NCBI GenBank assembly: GCA_964554065.1
Contig: CAZKMQ010000001.1
Span: 1 to 46,532 of the forward strand
DNA length: 46,532 bases
Source: an uncultured Gammaproteobacteria bacterium
Lineage (GTDB): Bacteria; Patescibacteriota; Patescibacteriia; Magasanikbacterales; JBBTQS01
Reading direction: 5' to 3'
Shown piece by piece: positions 1 to 9,010 of the stretch. How positions within the stretch are numbered: position 1 is the stretch's first letter; each line of letters begins with the position of its first letter. The position numbers were made by a program, and so were the translations under genes. The notes below the pieces were generated by a model. It saw nothing but the letters and a program-made list of their open reading frames with translations. It was not told the DNA's origin and did no database searches.

Positions 1-29
1 CGTCAGGAACTATTCAATAATATTGGAGT

Positions 30-821
30 ATGGTTGTCGCGCCGTGGTTCATTGGAACTGTATTGTTTGTATTGGGGGTTAGTATTGGCAGCTTTTTGCA
101 TGTGGTTGTTTGGCGCACTCAGCATAATTTCTCTATTGTTTCATCGCGTTCTAGGTGTGATTCTTGTGGTCATACTCTTTCGTGGTACGAGCTGATTCCA
201 CTAGTTAGTTATTTTGTTTGTCGTCGCAAGTGCCGTCATTGCAAAAATAAATTATCATCTGCCTTTTTTTGGGTGGAGCTAGTCACTGGAGTGGCATTCG
301 TTCTTATTTATATTTATAACATCCAAGTACTTGGATGTAACGAGTTATCAAGTGCATGTGGTGCGGTGTTTGTCCGCCACATTGTTTTTTTCTGTATGTT
401 GCTGGTCTTGTTTCTTTCGGATTTATGGTACCAAACCTTGCCCGATATGTTTACAGTTCCGTTTATTTTAGTTCTGATCTTCGGTGTACTTGTGAGTCAT
501 TCATCAGAAATGGTCTCAGCGCTAATTGGTATGGTGGTTGGTGCCGGAATCTTCCTTTTACAATATCTTATTAGTCGCGGTAAATGGATTGGATCTGGGG
601 ATATATTTCTTGGAGCTATAATGGGATTGATGCTTGGATGGCCTGAGGTGATAGTTGCTATTGGCCTAGCGTATATTGCTGGTGCTGCAGTTGCAGTTGG
701 ATTACTTATGGGAAAAAAGAAAAAGCGTGATGATGCGATTGCATTTGGTACATTTTTGACAACAGCAACATTTGCCATGCTGTTCTATAGTGATCAAATA
801 ATGCATTGGTTTGGTTTGTAA
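30..821 (+). CDS. pilD: Prepilin (type IV pilin) leader peptidase, A24 family
   Basis: The 263-aa ORF is a polytopic membrane protein. Its N-terminal four-Cys motif 'CDSCGH...CRHCKNKL' with 'LSWYELIPLVSY' is typical of PilD/ComC-type peptidases. Confidence 0.85.
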   Translation: MVVAPWFIGTVLFVLGVSIGSFLHVVVWRTQHNFSIVSSRSRCDSCGHTLSWYELIPLVSYFVCRRKCRHCKNKLSSAFFWVELVTGVAFVLIYIYNIQVLGCNELSSACGAVFVRHIVFFCMLLVLFLSDLWYQTLPDMFTVPFILVLIFGVLVSHSSEMVSALIGMVVGAGIFLLQYLISRGKWIGSGDIFLGAIMGLMLGWPEVIVAIGLAYIAGAAVAVGLLMGKKKKRDDAIAFGTFLTTATFAMLFYSDQIMHWFGL

Positions 822-824
822 ATT

Positions 825-2822
825 ATGAATAAAGCAGCAGCAAAAAAACGCGCTACTAAATTGCAAGAAACTATTGATGATTTGCGTCATAGGTATCATG
901 TACTTGATGATCCAAAAGTTACTGATGAAGTTTATGATTCTCTTACTAAAGAATTGCGTGTTCTTGAGGAGAAATTTCCTGAATTAAAAACTGTCCATTC
1001 TCCAACGCAGAGGATTGGGGGAGCGGCACTTGATAAGTTTGAAAAAGTAAAACATGTAGTTGCTCAGTGGTCATTTAATGATGCCTTTACTGAGCAGGAA
1101 ATTCAGGATTGGGATGTGCGTGTTAAGAAAATGCTAAGTAAAAAACTTAATCGCGATGTTGCTGATGTAGAATATGTATGTGAGTTGAAAATCGATGGGT
1201 TGCATATTGTATTGACCTATGAAAATGGCATTCTTGTATCTGCTGCTACGCGCGGTGATGGGAAAGTGGGTGAGAATGTTACGCACAATATTAAAACCAT
1301 ACACAGCATTCCTCTTAAGCTCAAAAAACCAGTGGATGTTATTGTTGAAGGAGAGGTGTGGCTACCTGTTCATCAACTAGAGCGAATTAACAAAGAGCGT
1401 CAATCCGAGAATAAGTCATTATTTGCTAATCCTCGCAATGCTGCAGCTGGAGCTATCCGTCAACTTGATCCTAAGGTTGCTGCCGCGCGTAAGCTTGATG
1501 CATTTATTTATGATATTAGTGGGGGAGCACTGCAACCAGAAACACAGAATGCTGAGCTTGATTTGCTTGGTGAGCTTGGGTTCAAGGTAAATAGTGATCA
1601 TAAAGTTTTTGCAAAAATCAGCGACGTGATTGCGTTCTGGAAAAAGTGGGAACCAAAGCGTCAGTCCAAAGAATATTGGATTGATGGTGTTGTGGTTAAA
1701 GTAAATCAAGTTGAATATCAGAAGGAACTTGGTTTCACTGGCAAGGCGCCGCGATGGTCACTTGCTATAAAATTCGCAGCTGAGAAGGCAACAACAGTTC
1801 TTAAGCAAGTCCATTGGCAAGTTGGAAGAACCGGAGCGGTTACACCGGTTGCAACATTTGAGCCAGTGCAAGTAGCTGGTACAACGGTGACCCATGCTAC
1901 GTTACATAATTCAGACGAGATAAAGCGGCTCGGCGTGCGCATAGGTGATACAGTTGTGATTGAAAAGGCTGGAGATATTATTCCAAAGGTGATTGAAGTA
2001 ATAGCCAAGTTGCGCACAGGCAAAGAGAATAAGATTGTTGAGCCAAAGCAATGCCCAATGTGTAATTCAGCGCTCTCGCGCCGCGAAGGTGAAGTCGCTC
2101 TGTATTGCATAAACAAGAAGTGCTTTGCGCAAAACGCTGCACGACTTATTCATTTTGCTGGGAAAAAGGGTTATGACATAGAAGGATTGGGTGAGAAAAT
2201 TGTAATTCAGCTTATGGAGGAGGGGTTGGTGGCAGAGCCGGCGGACTTTTTTACATTAACTGTTGGTGATATTTTGCCACTTGAGAGGTTTGCACAAAAG
2301 TCTGCAGAGAATCTGATTGAGGCTATTGCTGCTAAGAAGCAGATTAGTTTTGCGCGATTTATTAATGCGCTCGGTATACGGTATGTTGGTGAGGAAACTG
2401 CGCATCTTCTAGCTGAGCGGTTTGATTCAGTTGAAGGTTTGCGCAATGTGACAGAGCAGCAGCTTATAACAATTGATGGTATTGGTGAAAAAGTTGCCGC
2501 CGGGCTTGTGGATTATTTTGCTAGTTATGATGCAGTGATCGATGGGCTATTGGCTGTTGGTATAATTCCTTTTAAGGAGAAGGTAAGATTAAGCAAGTTG
2601 ACAGGTAAAACCATTGTATTTACTGGATCACTACAGACAATGACGCGAGACGAAGCAAAAGAATTTGCTCGTTCGCGCGGTGCGCATATAGGTGATAGTG
2701 TGAGTAGCAACACAGATTACCTTGTGGCAGGAGACAAGGCTGGTTCTAAATTAAAAAAAGCACAGAAGTTGGGTGTGAAGGTTTATAATGAAGATGAGTT
2801 TTTGAAGATTATAAAAAATTAA
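825..2822 (+). CDS. ligA: NAD-dependent DNA ligase
   Basis: The 665-aa ORF carries the adenylation motif 'CELKIDGLHI'. It also has the Zn finger 'CPMCNSAL..(x)..YCINKKC' and a C-terminal BRCT-like 'FTGSL..MTRDEAK'. Confidence 0.95.
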   Translation: MNKAAAKKRATKLQETIDDLRHRYHVLDDPKVTDEVYDSLTKELRVLEEKFPELKTVHSPTQRIGGAALDKFEKVKHVVAQWSFNDAFTEQEIQDWDVRVKKMLSKKLNRDVADVEYVCELKIDGLHIVLTYENGILVSAATRGDGKVGENVTHNIKTIHSIPLKLKKPVDVIVEGEVWLPVHQLERINKERQSENKSLFANPRNAAAGAIRQLDPKVAAARKLDAFIYDISGGALQPETQNAELDLLGELGFKVNSDHKVFAKISDVIAFWKKWEPKRQSKEYWIDGVVVKVNQVEYQKELGFTGKAPRWSLAIKFAAEKATTVLKQVHWQVGRTGAVTPVATFEPVQVAGTTVTHATLHNSDEIKRLGVRIGDTVVIEKAGDIIPKVIEVIAKLRTGKENKIVEPKQCPMCNSALSRREGEVALYCINKKCFAQNAARLIHFAGKKGYDIEGLGEKIVIQLMEEGLVAEPADFFTLTVGDILPLERFAQKSAENLIEAIAAKKQISFARFINALGIRYVGEETAHLLAERFDSVEGLRNVTEQQLITIDGIGEKVAAGLVDYFASYDAVIDGLLAVGIIPFKEKVRLSKLTGKTIVFTGSLQTMTRDEAKEFARSRGAHIGDSVSSNTDYLVAGDKAGSKLKKAQKLGVKVYNEDEFLKIIKN

Positions 2823-2850
2823 AAACTTGCACCCAGTGAGAATACAAGTT

Positions 2851-3108
2851 TTAGCAGTGGATAAACGGCATTAGTTGTTTGCCGCGTGCCAGTACTGATG
2901 CAGCGATCAATGCTTGCTGTTCACTGTTACAGCGCACCTTGCACATTCCCTGATAGTTGACGCTCACCAACCACTTTCTGGTGAACGGAAGTTGTGGTGG
3001 AAAGACATATACAGAACGTGTTCGCTCTGCGTACCATCCAGGGCGTACTTTTGTCCGGTTATCAACCCAAACGAAGTAAACACCAAATACAGTTTTTGTT
3101 TTTGCCAT
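2851..3108 (-). CDS. Small hypothetical protein (85 aa), possible AP2-like DNA-binding fold
   Basis: An intact ORF with GGAGGGG just upstream of its ATG on the minus strand. GC looks higher than in the flanking genes. The pattern 'W-LVSVNYQG-MCKVRCNSEQQALIAASVLARG' resembles the strand-strand-helix layout of AP2/integrase-type DNA-binding domains. That resemblance is judged by eye only. Confidence 0.45.
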   Translation of the reverse strand: MAKTKTVFGVYFVWVDNRTKVRPGWYAERTRSVYVFPPQLPFTRKWLVSVNYQGMCKVRCNSEQQALIAASVLARGKQLMPFIHC

Positions 3109-3159
3109 AACCCCTCCATGTGGTATAGAATAGCGTATGTGGAGATTTTTTGCTACACT

Positions 3160-3459
3160 ATGGCTATGAAGTTGACCAAAGAAGATATTGCAAAAATTGC
3201 AAAATTAGCAAGATTGTCATTGACTGATGAAGAGGCTGCCAGATATCAGGAGCAGTTATCTTCTGTTTTGGAATATATGGATGTCTTAAATGAGGCAGAT
3301 ACGTCAAAAGTGGAGATTACATCACAGGTTACTGGTCTTGAAGATGTGTTTCGCGAGGATGTTGTTGATGCATGTAAAGAAGATGAGCGAGATTTGATTA
3401 TCGGACAATTTCCAGAAAGTAAGGACTTTGGCTTGAAGGTTCCTGCAGTGCTTGAGTAA
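3160..3459 (+). CDS. gatC: Asp/Glu-tRNA(Asn/Gln) amidotransferase subunit C
   Basis: The 99-aa product reads 'MAMKLTKEDIAKIAKLARLSLTDEE...' and lies directly upstream of gatA. I chose the internal ATG at 3160 because the upstream part of the 2914 ORF overlaps the antisense small gene and has no GatC similarity. Confidence 0.85.
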   Translation: MAMKLTKEDIAKIAKLARLSLTDEEAARYQEQLSSVLEYMDVLNEADTSKVEITSQVTGLEDVFREDVVDACKEDERDLIIGQFPESKDFGLKVPAVLE

Positions 3460-3460
3460 T

Positions 3461-4900
3461 ATGACCATCACAGAACTTTCAGCAAAATTAAAGAATAAGG
3501 AGCTCAGTAGTGTTGAGTTAACACAGCAGTATTTGGATGCTGCAAAAAAACATAATGAAACTATTAATGCATACATTACGATTTGCGAAGATGAAGCATT
3601 GGCAATGGCTAAGAGCGCGGATGAAATGCTGGCAAGTGGTAATGAGCACGCGCTTACAGGTATTCCACTCGGTGTAAAAGATGCAATCTGTACAAAAGGG
3701 ATTCGTAGTACTGGGGCAGCAAAGATTCTTGATCAGTATGTACCGCCATATGATGCAACAGTGATTAAAAAAATTAAAGAAAAGGGTGGTGTGATTATTG
3801 GAAAGCAGAATTGTGACGCTTTCGGTCATGGTGGTTCAAATGAAAACACACAATATGGTGTTGTGAAAAATCCATGGAACACTGAAAAAGTTCCTGGCGG
3901 AAGTAGTGGTGGATCTGCTGCATCTTTAGCAGCTGGTATGTGCGCATACTCAATTGGAGAAGATACCGGTGGTTCAATTCGTCAGCCTGCAGCTTTGTGT
4001 GGCGTGACTGGTTTGCGTCCAAGTTATGGTCGCAATTCACGTTATGGAATTATGCCAATGGCATCCTCGCTTGATACGGTTGGGCCAATGGCGAATTCAG
4101 TTGAAGATATTGCAACAATAATGGAAGTGATGGCAGGGCAAGATAAGATGGATGCAACGACTGTGGCAGATGCCGTGCCAAATTATATCAATGAGATAAA
4201 AAAACCTCTTGAGAAAATGACTATTGGTTTGCCAAAGGAGTATTTTACTGGTGAAACTGATGCTGATGTAAGTAAGGCAATAGATGTTGCAATTGAAGAG
4301 TATAAGAAACTAGGGTGTACATTTAAAGAAGTGAGCCTTCCACACACTAAATACGCTGTTGCTACGTATTATATTGTGGTTCCATCAGAAGACAGTAGTA
4401 ATCTTGCGCGACTGGATGGTATTAGATATGGATCTCGTGGTAAAGGAAAGGATTTGTTCGATGTATATGCTAATGCTCGAGCCGCAGGATTCCCAGATGA
4501 GTGTAAGCGTAGAATTATGATTGGAACATATGCACTGTCTGCTGGATATTACGATGCATATTATAAGAAAGCACAGAAAGTGCGTACATTAATCAAAAAA
4601 GACTTTGAAGATGCGCTAAAAGATGTTGATGCGCTTATTAAGCCGGTTTCACCAACCACAGCATGGGATATTGGTTCGTTAGTAAACGATCCACTGAAGA
4701 TGTACATGGCTGATGTGTTTGTTATACCCGGAGCTCTTGCTGGAGTGCCAGGATTAGCTGTGCCCTGTGGAATTGATAGTAGCGGATTGCCGATTGGTTT
4801 GCAGATTATTGGACCGCGCATGGCAGAATCGCGTATAATGCAGTTAGGCTATCATTACCAGCAGAATACTGACTGGCATACTAAAAAGCCTTCATTGTAA
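3461..4900 (+). CDS. gatA: Asp/Glu-tRNA(Asn/Gln) amidotransferase subunit A (amidase family)
   Basis: The amidase signature 'GGSSGGSAASLAAG' and 'GEDTGGSIRQPA' are present. The ATG at 3461 gives 'MTITELSAKL', and the TTG at 3452 is an alternative start. Confidence 0.93.
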   Translation: MTITELSAKLKNKELSSVELTQQYLDAAKKHNETINAYITICEDEALAMAKSADEMLASGNEHALTGIPLGVKDAICTKGIRSTGAAKILDQYVPPYDATVIKKIKEKGGVIIGKQNCDAFGHGGSNENTQYGVVKNPWNTEKVPGGSSGGSAASLAAGMCAYSIGEDTGGSIRQPAALCGVTGLRPSYGRNSRYGIMPMASSLDTVGPMANSVEDIATIMEVMAGQDKMDATTVADAVPNYINEIKKPLEKMTIGLPKEYFTGETDADVSKAIDVAIEEYKKLGCTFKEVSLPHTKYAVATYYIVVPSEDSSNLARLDGIRYGSRGKGKDLFDVYANARAAGFPDECKRRIMIGTYALSAGYYDAYYKKAQKVRTLIKKDFEDALKDVDALIKPVSPTTAWDIGSLVNDPLKMYMADVFVIPGALAGVPGLAVPCGIDSSGLPIGLQIIGPRMAESRIMQLGYHYQQNTDWHTKKPSL

Positions 4901-4903
4901 ATT

Positions 4904-6244
4904 ATGCCCAAGAAAAAAATTGACCCATCGTCAGCATATTCATTCACATACGAACATGCTCAGGCGAACTTTCGTGATACCTGGAGAATTTTTCGCATTA
5001 TGGCGGAGTTTGTTGATGGGTATCAGTTTTTGAATTCATTAAAAAAAGGGGTGACAGTGCTTGGTAGTGCGAGATTGAAGTCTAGTTCAAAGTGGTATAA
5101 AGAAGCAGAGAAGTTGGGGCGATTGCTTGCTAAGTCTGGGTATACAACGATTACTGGCGGAGGTCCATCAATAATGGAGGCGGCAAATAAGGGTGCAAGT
5201 GAGGCTGGTGGAGAATCTGCAGGTCTTAACATTCAGCTGCCATTTGAGCAGCGAGTGAATCCATATGTGAAAAAGTCAATTGCGTTTTATTACTTTTTTA
5301 CACGAAAGGTGATGCTTATTTCTCCAGCGCAGGCAACGGTATTTTTTCCTGGAGGGTATGGAACGCTTGATGAGTTCTTTGAAACTTTCGACAACATGGC
5401 ACTGGGCAAAATCACTGAGTCACCAATTGTATTGATTGGTCGGGATTTTTGGAAACCGATTGTTTCTTTTTTGCAAAAGAAAACACATAGTGAAATTGGC
5501 GCTGTATCTGCTGAAACACTTGATCATTTAATTATTGTTGATTCAGCTGAAGAAGCGATGAAATATATTAAAGCATCGCGCTCAAAGAAAAAGACATGCG
5601 CTATTGATCCGAACTCTTTTGAATGCAAAGACAGTAATGTGAACTGGAGAATCTTTCGTATCATGGCAGAGCTTGTGGAAGGGTTCGAGTTCCTTACAAA
5701 AGTTAAAGATGACGTGACTATTCTAGGCAGTCGCAGTGTGCAAAAAGATTCAAAGTATTATGATGCTGCACAAGAACTTGGGTACCAACTTGCTAAGAAG
5801 AAATTCACTGTAGTTAGTGGAGGTGCTGGCGGTATTATGGAAGCGGCAAGTAGTGGAGCACAAAAGGGCGGTGGCAAATCAATTGGCATTACGCACAAAT
5901 TCGATGATAAAGAAATGCTAAATAGTTATGTAAGCAGAAGTATTGGGTTTAATTTTCCATTTGTACGAAAGGTGATTCTAACTGCACCTTCAAAGTTGTT
6001 TGTGGTATTTCCTGGTGGGCTTGGCACACTGCATGAGTTATTTGAGATTTTGACATTAGAGCAAACTGATAAGATGGGGCCAGTGCCAATTGTGCTATTT
6101 GGTTCAGATTACTGGGGACCGCTCGTGGATACAATACGCACTAAGCTGGCACGGCAGTACAAGACTATAGCTCCTGCTGATGTTGATAGATTCCATGTAG
6201 TAGACAGTGTTGCTGATGTAATGAAGCTCGCAAAGAAGCGATGA
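4904..6244 (+). CDS. Fused tandem LOG / TIGR00730-family (lysine-decarboxylase-like) protein
   Basis: The 446-aa ORF contains two complete copies of the module. Copy 1 reads 'WRIFRIMAEFVDGYQFL...GGGPSIMEAANKGA...PGGYGTLDE'. Copy 2 reads 'WRIFRIMAELVEGFEFL...GGAGGIMEAASSGA...PGGLGTLHE'. Confidence 0.8.
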   Translation: MPKKKIDPSSAYSFTYEHAQANFRDTWRIFRIMAEFVDGYQFLNSLKKGVTVLGSARLKSSSKWYKEAEKLGRLLAKSGYTTITGGGPSIMEAANKGASEAGGESAGLNIQLPFEQRVNPYVKKSIAFYYFFTRKVMLISPAQATVFFPGGYGTLDEFFETFDNMALGKITESPIVLIGRDFWKPIVSFLQKKTHSEIGAVSAETLDHLIIVDSAEEAMKYIKASRSKKKTCAIDPNSFECKDSNVNWRIFRIMAELVEGFEFLTKVKDDVTILGSRSVQKDSKYYDAAQELGYQLAKKKFTVVSGGAGGIMEAASSGAQKGGGKSIGITHKFDDKEMLNSYVSRSIGFNFPFVRKVILTAPSKLFVVFPGGLGTLHELFEILTLEQTDKMGPVPIVLFGSDYWGPLVDTIRTKLARQYKTIAPADVDRFHVVDSVADVMKLAKKR

Positions 6245-7008
6245 TACCGAATTTTTCGTGGACAGTAATACAGCTTGGACCAATTCCCATTCAAGTATGG
6301 GGATTGTGTGTTGCTATTGGTGTGCTTGTTGGATTGTGGCTCGGTGCGCGTGAGGCAGTGAGGCGTGGTGTTAAAAAAGAATTATTTTGGGACAGTAGCT
6401 TGTGGATCGTTGTTGCTGGGTTTATTGGGGCACGGTTATCGCATGTGTTGTTTTACGAGCCGGCATTCTTTGTGAAAAACCCATTGGAGATTTTAATGGT
6501 GTGGCATGGGGGAATGAGCAGTCTTGGTGGTTTTTTGGGTGCAGCAATATTTGGTGTCTGGTATTTGCGGCGCAAAAAAATTAATATTTGGAAATATGCT
6601 GATGCAGCTGCATTTGGTTTGCCAATCGGATGGATGATAGGGCGCATTGGGTGTTTTTTGATTCATGATCATCCTGGAACATTAACAGACTTTGCTTTGG
6701 CAGTTCGCGAACCAGGTGTATTAGGTGAAGAAGGTTTTGGTCGTCATGATCTTGGGCTGTACGATGCTATTTTGGCAGGAATTATAGCGCTCGCGGTGCT
6801 CGCGCTTCGTAAAAAGAAAAAATTCGACGGGTATTTTATTTTGTTAATAGCCGGCCTGTATGCTGTACCGCGGTTTTTCCTAGATTATTTGCGTGCAAGT
6901 GACCTCAGTGGCAGTGACGCACGATATGCCGGGCTAACACCAGCGCAATATGCTTCAGTTATTGCATTGGTCTTTGTACTTTATATGTGGTATAAGAAAA
7001 GAAAGTAA
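6241..7008 (+). CDS. lgt: Prolipoprotein diacylglyceryl transferase
   Basis: A polytopic membrane protein containing 'GARLSHVLFYEP', 'WHGGMSSLGG' and 'GRIGCFLIHDHPG'. Its start overlaps the upstream stop as ATGA. Confidence 0.88.
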   Translation: MIPNFSWTVIQLGPIPIQVWGLCVAIGVLVGLWLGAREAVRRGVKKELFWDSSLWIVVAGFIGARLSHVLFYEPAFFVKNPLEILMVWHGGMSSLGGFLGAAIFGVWYLRRKKINIWKYADAAAFGLPIGWMIGRIGCFLIHDHPGTLTDFALAVREPGVLGEEGFGRHDLGLYDAILAGIIALAVLALRKKKKFDGYFILLIAGLYAVPRFFLDYLRASDLSGSDARYAGLTPAQYASVIALVFVLYMWYKKRK

Positions 7009-7021
7009 CAATTATAATTTT

Positions 7022-7720
7022 ATGAAAAAGAAAACATCAGAACCAAGAGAGAGGGTTGAGCCTGGCAAGGAGACAGTGGATAGTTCTGTTTTGGAACAGT
7101 ACGAGAAGATTATTAATGGGCATAGTGGGTACAAAGACCCTGGTTCTAAAGCGAGAAGTTTGGGGGATGCAGCTTCACTGATTGAGCGCGCTGCAAAAGG
7201 TGAATCTACGGTAGAATTCGAGAATTGGTACTATGAAACTTTCACAACTGAACAACTAAGCTCTTTAGTTCAGTTGTTGAAAAAAGAACAAGAAGTCTTA
7301 TTAAACCAGGCTGATGCTATTGAGGTTGCTGAAAATAAGAAAAAAAAGGAAAGAATAGAAAGTGAGTGGGAAGTTCATAAAGATGAGTATGATGATGAGC
7401 AGCAGTGGGAAGGACAGCCTCATACTGATTATTTTGGAGAGAGAAAATGGATTAAGACCTATGGATTTCAATATGGAGATACTGTTGTTCTTTCTTCTGA
7501 TCATGCTCCTGATAATGATGGCACATGGAAGATTGCTGGTTTTGGATATGGAGGCACAAGCACAACTGTACTTATGTTCCGTGAGGAGAAGTACTCAGAA
7601 TACATGGCTGCTAGTGATGCCTATCATGCTGACAAGACCAAAGAGAATCGTGACTTACTTTATAAGTTTGAAGCAAAGAAATTTCCAATGGAACTTCTTG
7701 AAGATGCAACTAAGAAGTAA
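7022..7720 (+). CDS. Hypothetical acidic cytosolic protein
   Basis: A 232-aa ORF starting at the ATG 'MKKKTSEP'. It has no TM segment and no motif I recognise. Coding is supported only by ORF length and position. Confidence 0.6.
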   Translation: MKKKTSEPRERVEPGKETVDSSVLEQYEKIINGHSGYKDPGSKARSLGDAASLIERAAKGESTVEFENWYYETFTTEQLSSLVQLLKKEQEVLLNQADAIEVAENKKKKERIESEWEVHKDEYDDEQQWEGQPHTDYFGERKWIKTYGFQYGDTVVLSSDHAPDNDGTWKIAGFGYGGTSTTVLMFREEKYSEYMAASDAYHADKTKENRDLLYKFEAKKFPMELLEDATKK

Positions 7721-7731
7721 TTAGTGTATCA

Positions 7732-7816
7732 GGAGAGGTGGCTGAGTGGTTTAAGGCGCCGCCTTGGAAAGGCGGTGGGGTTCACGCCCTCGCAGGTTCA
7801 AATCCTGTCCTCTCCG
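7732..7816 (+). tRNA. tRNA-Ser(GGA), class II with long variable arm
   Basis: The cloverleaf was folded by hand. Acceptor is GGAGAGG/CCTCTCC and the D stem is GCT/GGC. The anticodon stem CCGCC/GGCGG closes the loop TTGGAAA. There is a 16-nt variable arm, a T arm GCAGG-TTCAAAT-CCTGT and discriminator G. CCA is not encoded. Confidence 0.92.
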
Positions 7817-7826
7817 CTAAAAAAAA

Positions 7827-7864
7827 GAAGCCAGCACATTCGGTGGGTTGAGGATGTTGGCTTC
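7827..7864 (+). terminator. Hairpin downstream of tRNA-Ser (weak terminator candidate)
   Basis: GAAGCCAGCA (7827-7836) pairs with TGTTGGCTTC (7855-7864), giving 10 bp including one G.U, with an 18-nt loop. It is preceded by an A-run but has no clear 3' U-tract. Confidence 0.35.
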
Positions 7865-8189
7865 CTATTGGGGTTGGAGATTTGTAGGAGCTTGAGGTGA
7901 ACTTCACTACAATGTATCGCTTATTCTTGGGTATGCGACTTACGCACCGTCTTGAGGAGGGTCAAGCGCGGGCGCATTGCATGTCGATTCACCAAGATTC
8001 ACCTTTTTTCAAACAATTACATTCCTGCGAGCATTTCCCATATGCCTACTTTCACGTCGCAATGACGAACAGGATTTGATAGTGTTTTCTCTCCAAAAAA
8101 CACTATCTGCACTCTTAAGCGAACGAGTGCAAGGGACTGATTTGTGCGTATACTATATATACCGCGTAATAATTTGTCAACCTCTGGAG

Positions 8190-8954
8190 CTAGAAAAGTC
8201 CTTCTCCTGCGTTTTTGTAGTAAAATTCTAGTGGCAGACTATTTGTTTCAAAAAATCCTAATTCAAGACTTGTGGTAGGTCCGGCAACAACAATCCACTC
8301 GTTGGATTGTTTTTTTAGATACACTCGAGCAGGATCTGTGACTGTATCATCAGCGTGCACTGTGGTTTCTGCATAGGCAACTCCACTTTTGTCTTCAAAT
8401 TGTGAAGTTAGGTATACAAGTGGTTGCTTCACAGAAGAGTTTGCGATTACATGCTTACGAGTTATTGCGACAATAGCACCACTCTCATCCATGCCATCGC
8501 GCTGGAAAATTATTCGCTTTGGTATAGAATACAGTCCATCGTATGTTGTGTGTGTTGTTTCCATGAGTAGTGTGCCATCGTCTTGGTGAGTAAAAGTTGC
8601 ATTGCCGCTATCGTCGCGATCACCAACCCAATCAATTCTAAGGTTATTATTGTTAATTCTGACTGAGTTGTTTTCAGTTAGTTGCACCTCATCAATATAA
8701 AGTAGGTTGCCGTTTTTGATACGAACTGATGTGATTGATCCGGTTATTTTGTCTTTGTCATCATTTAAAAAATTGAGCGTTAGCGAGTCGATCTCAGTTC
8801 CGTCATTTAATGACAGTTCTGCTATCCATTTTCCAGAAAACACTTCTTCAGCTGTGGTAGGGCTTTTTGTTGGTATGGTTTCGTTTTGAGTTGGTGTGCA
8901 TCCAGCACCAAAAAGCAAAAGCAGTGCAGAAATTCCGAAGATGAATTTATTCAT
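8190..8954 (-). CDS. Hypothetical lipoprotein
   Basis: The 254-aa ORF has an N-terminal signal peptide with the lipobox 'LLLFGAGC'. The mature part has no recognisable domain. Confidence 0.7.
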   Translation of the reverse strand: MNKFIFGISALLLLFGAGCTPTQNETIPTKSPTTAEEVFSGKWIAELSLNDGTEIDSLTLNFLNDDKDKITGSITSVRIKNGNLLYIDEVQLTENNSVRINNNNLRIDWVGDRDDSGNATFTHQDDGTLLMETTHTTYDGLYSIPKRIIFQRDGMDESGAIVAITRKHVIANSSVKQPLVYLTSQFEDKSGVAYAETTVHADDTVTDPARVYLKKQSNEWIVVAGPTTSLELGFFETNSLPLEFYYKNAGEGLF

Positions 8955-9010
8955 ATAGTTTGATTAATCAATGATTCTATCGTATCATGGAGCTACATTA
9001 ACAATCAATT

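Noticed and set aside
2914-3159. A long N-terminal extension of the gatC ORF (181-aa version)
   Set aside because: GatC is ~95-100 aa. The extension overlaps the better-supported antisense small gene and has no GatC-like sequence. The internal ATG at 3160 gives the canonical 'KLTKEDIAKIAKLARL' N-terminus.
8067-8081. The inverted 12/13-nt match to the tRNA-Ser T-arm as an attachment-site (att) repeat of an integrated element
   Set aside because: att duplications are direct repeats, and this one is inverted. The flanking sequence does not fold as a tRNA and no integrase is present. The match may be chance. It is kept only as a detail of the spacer finding.
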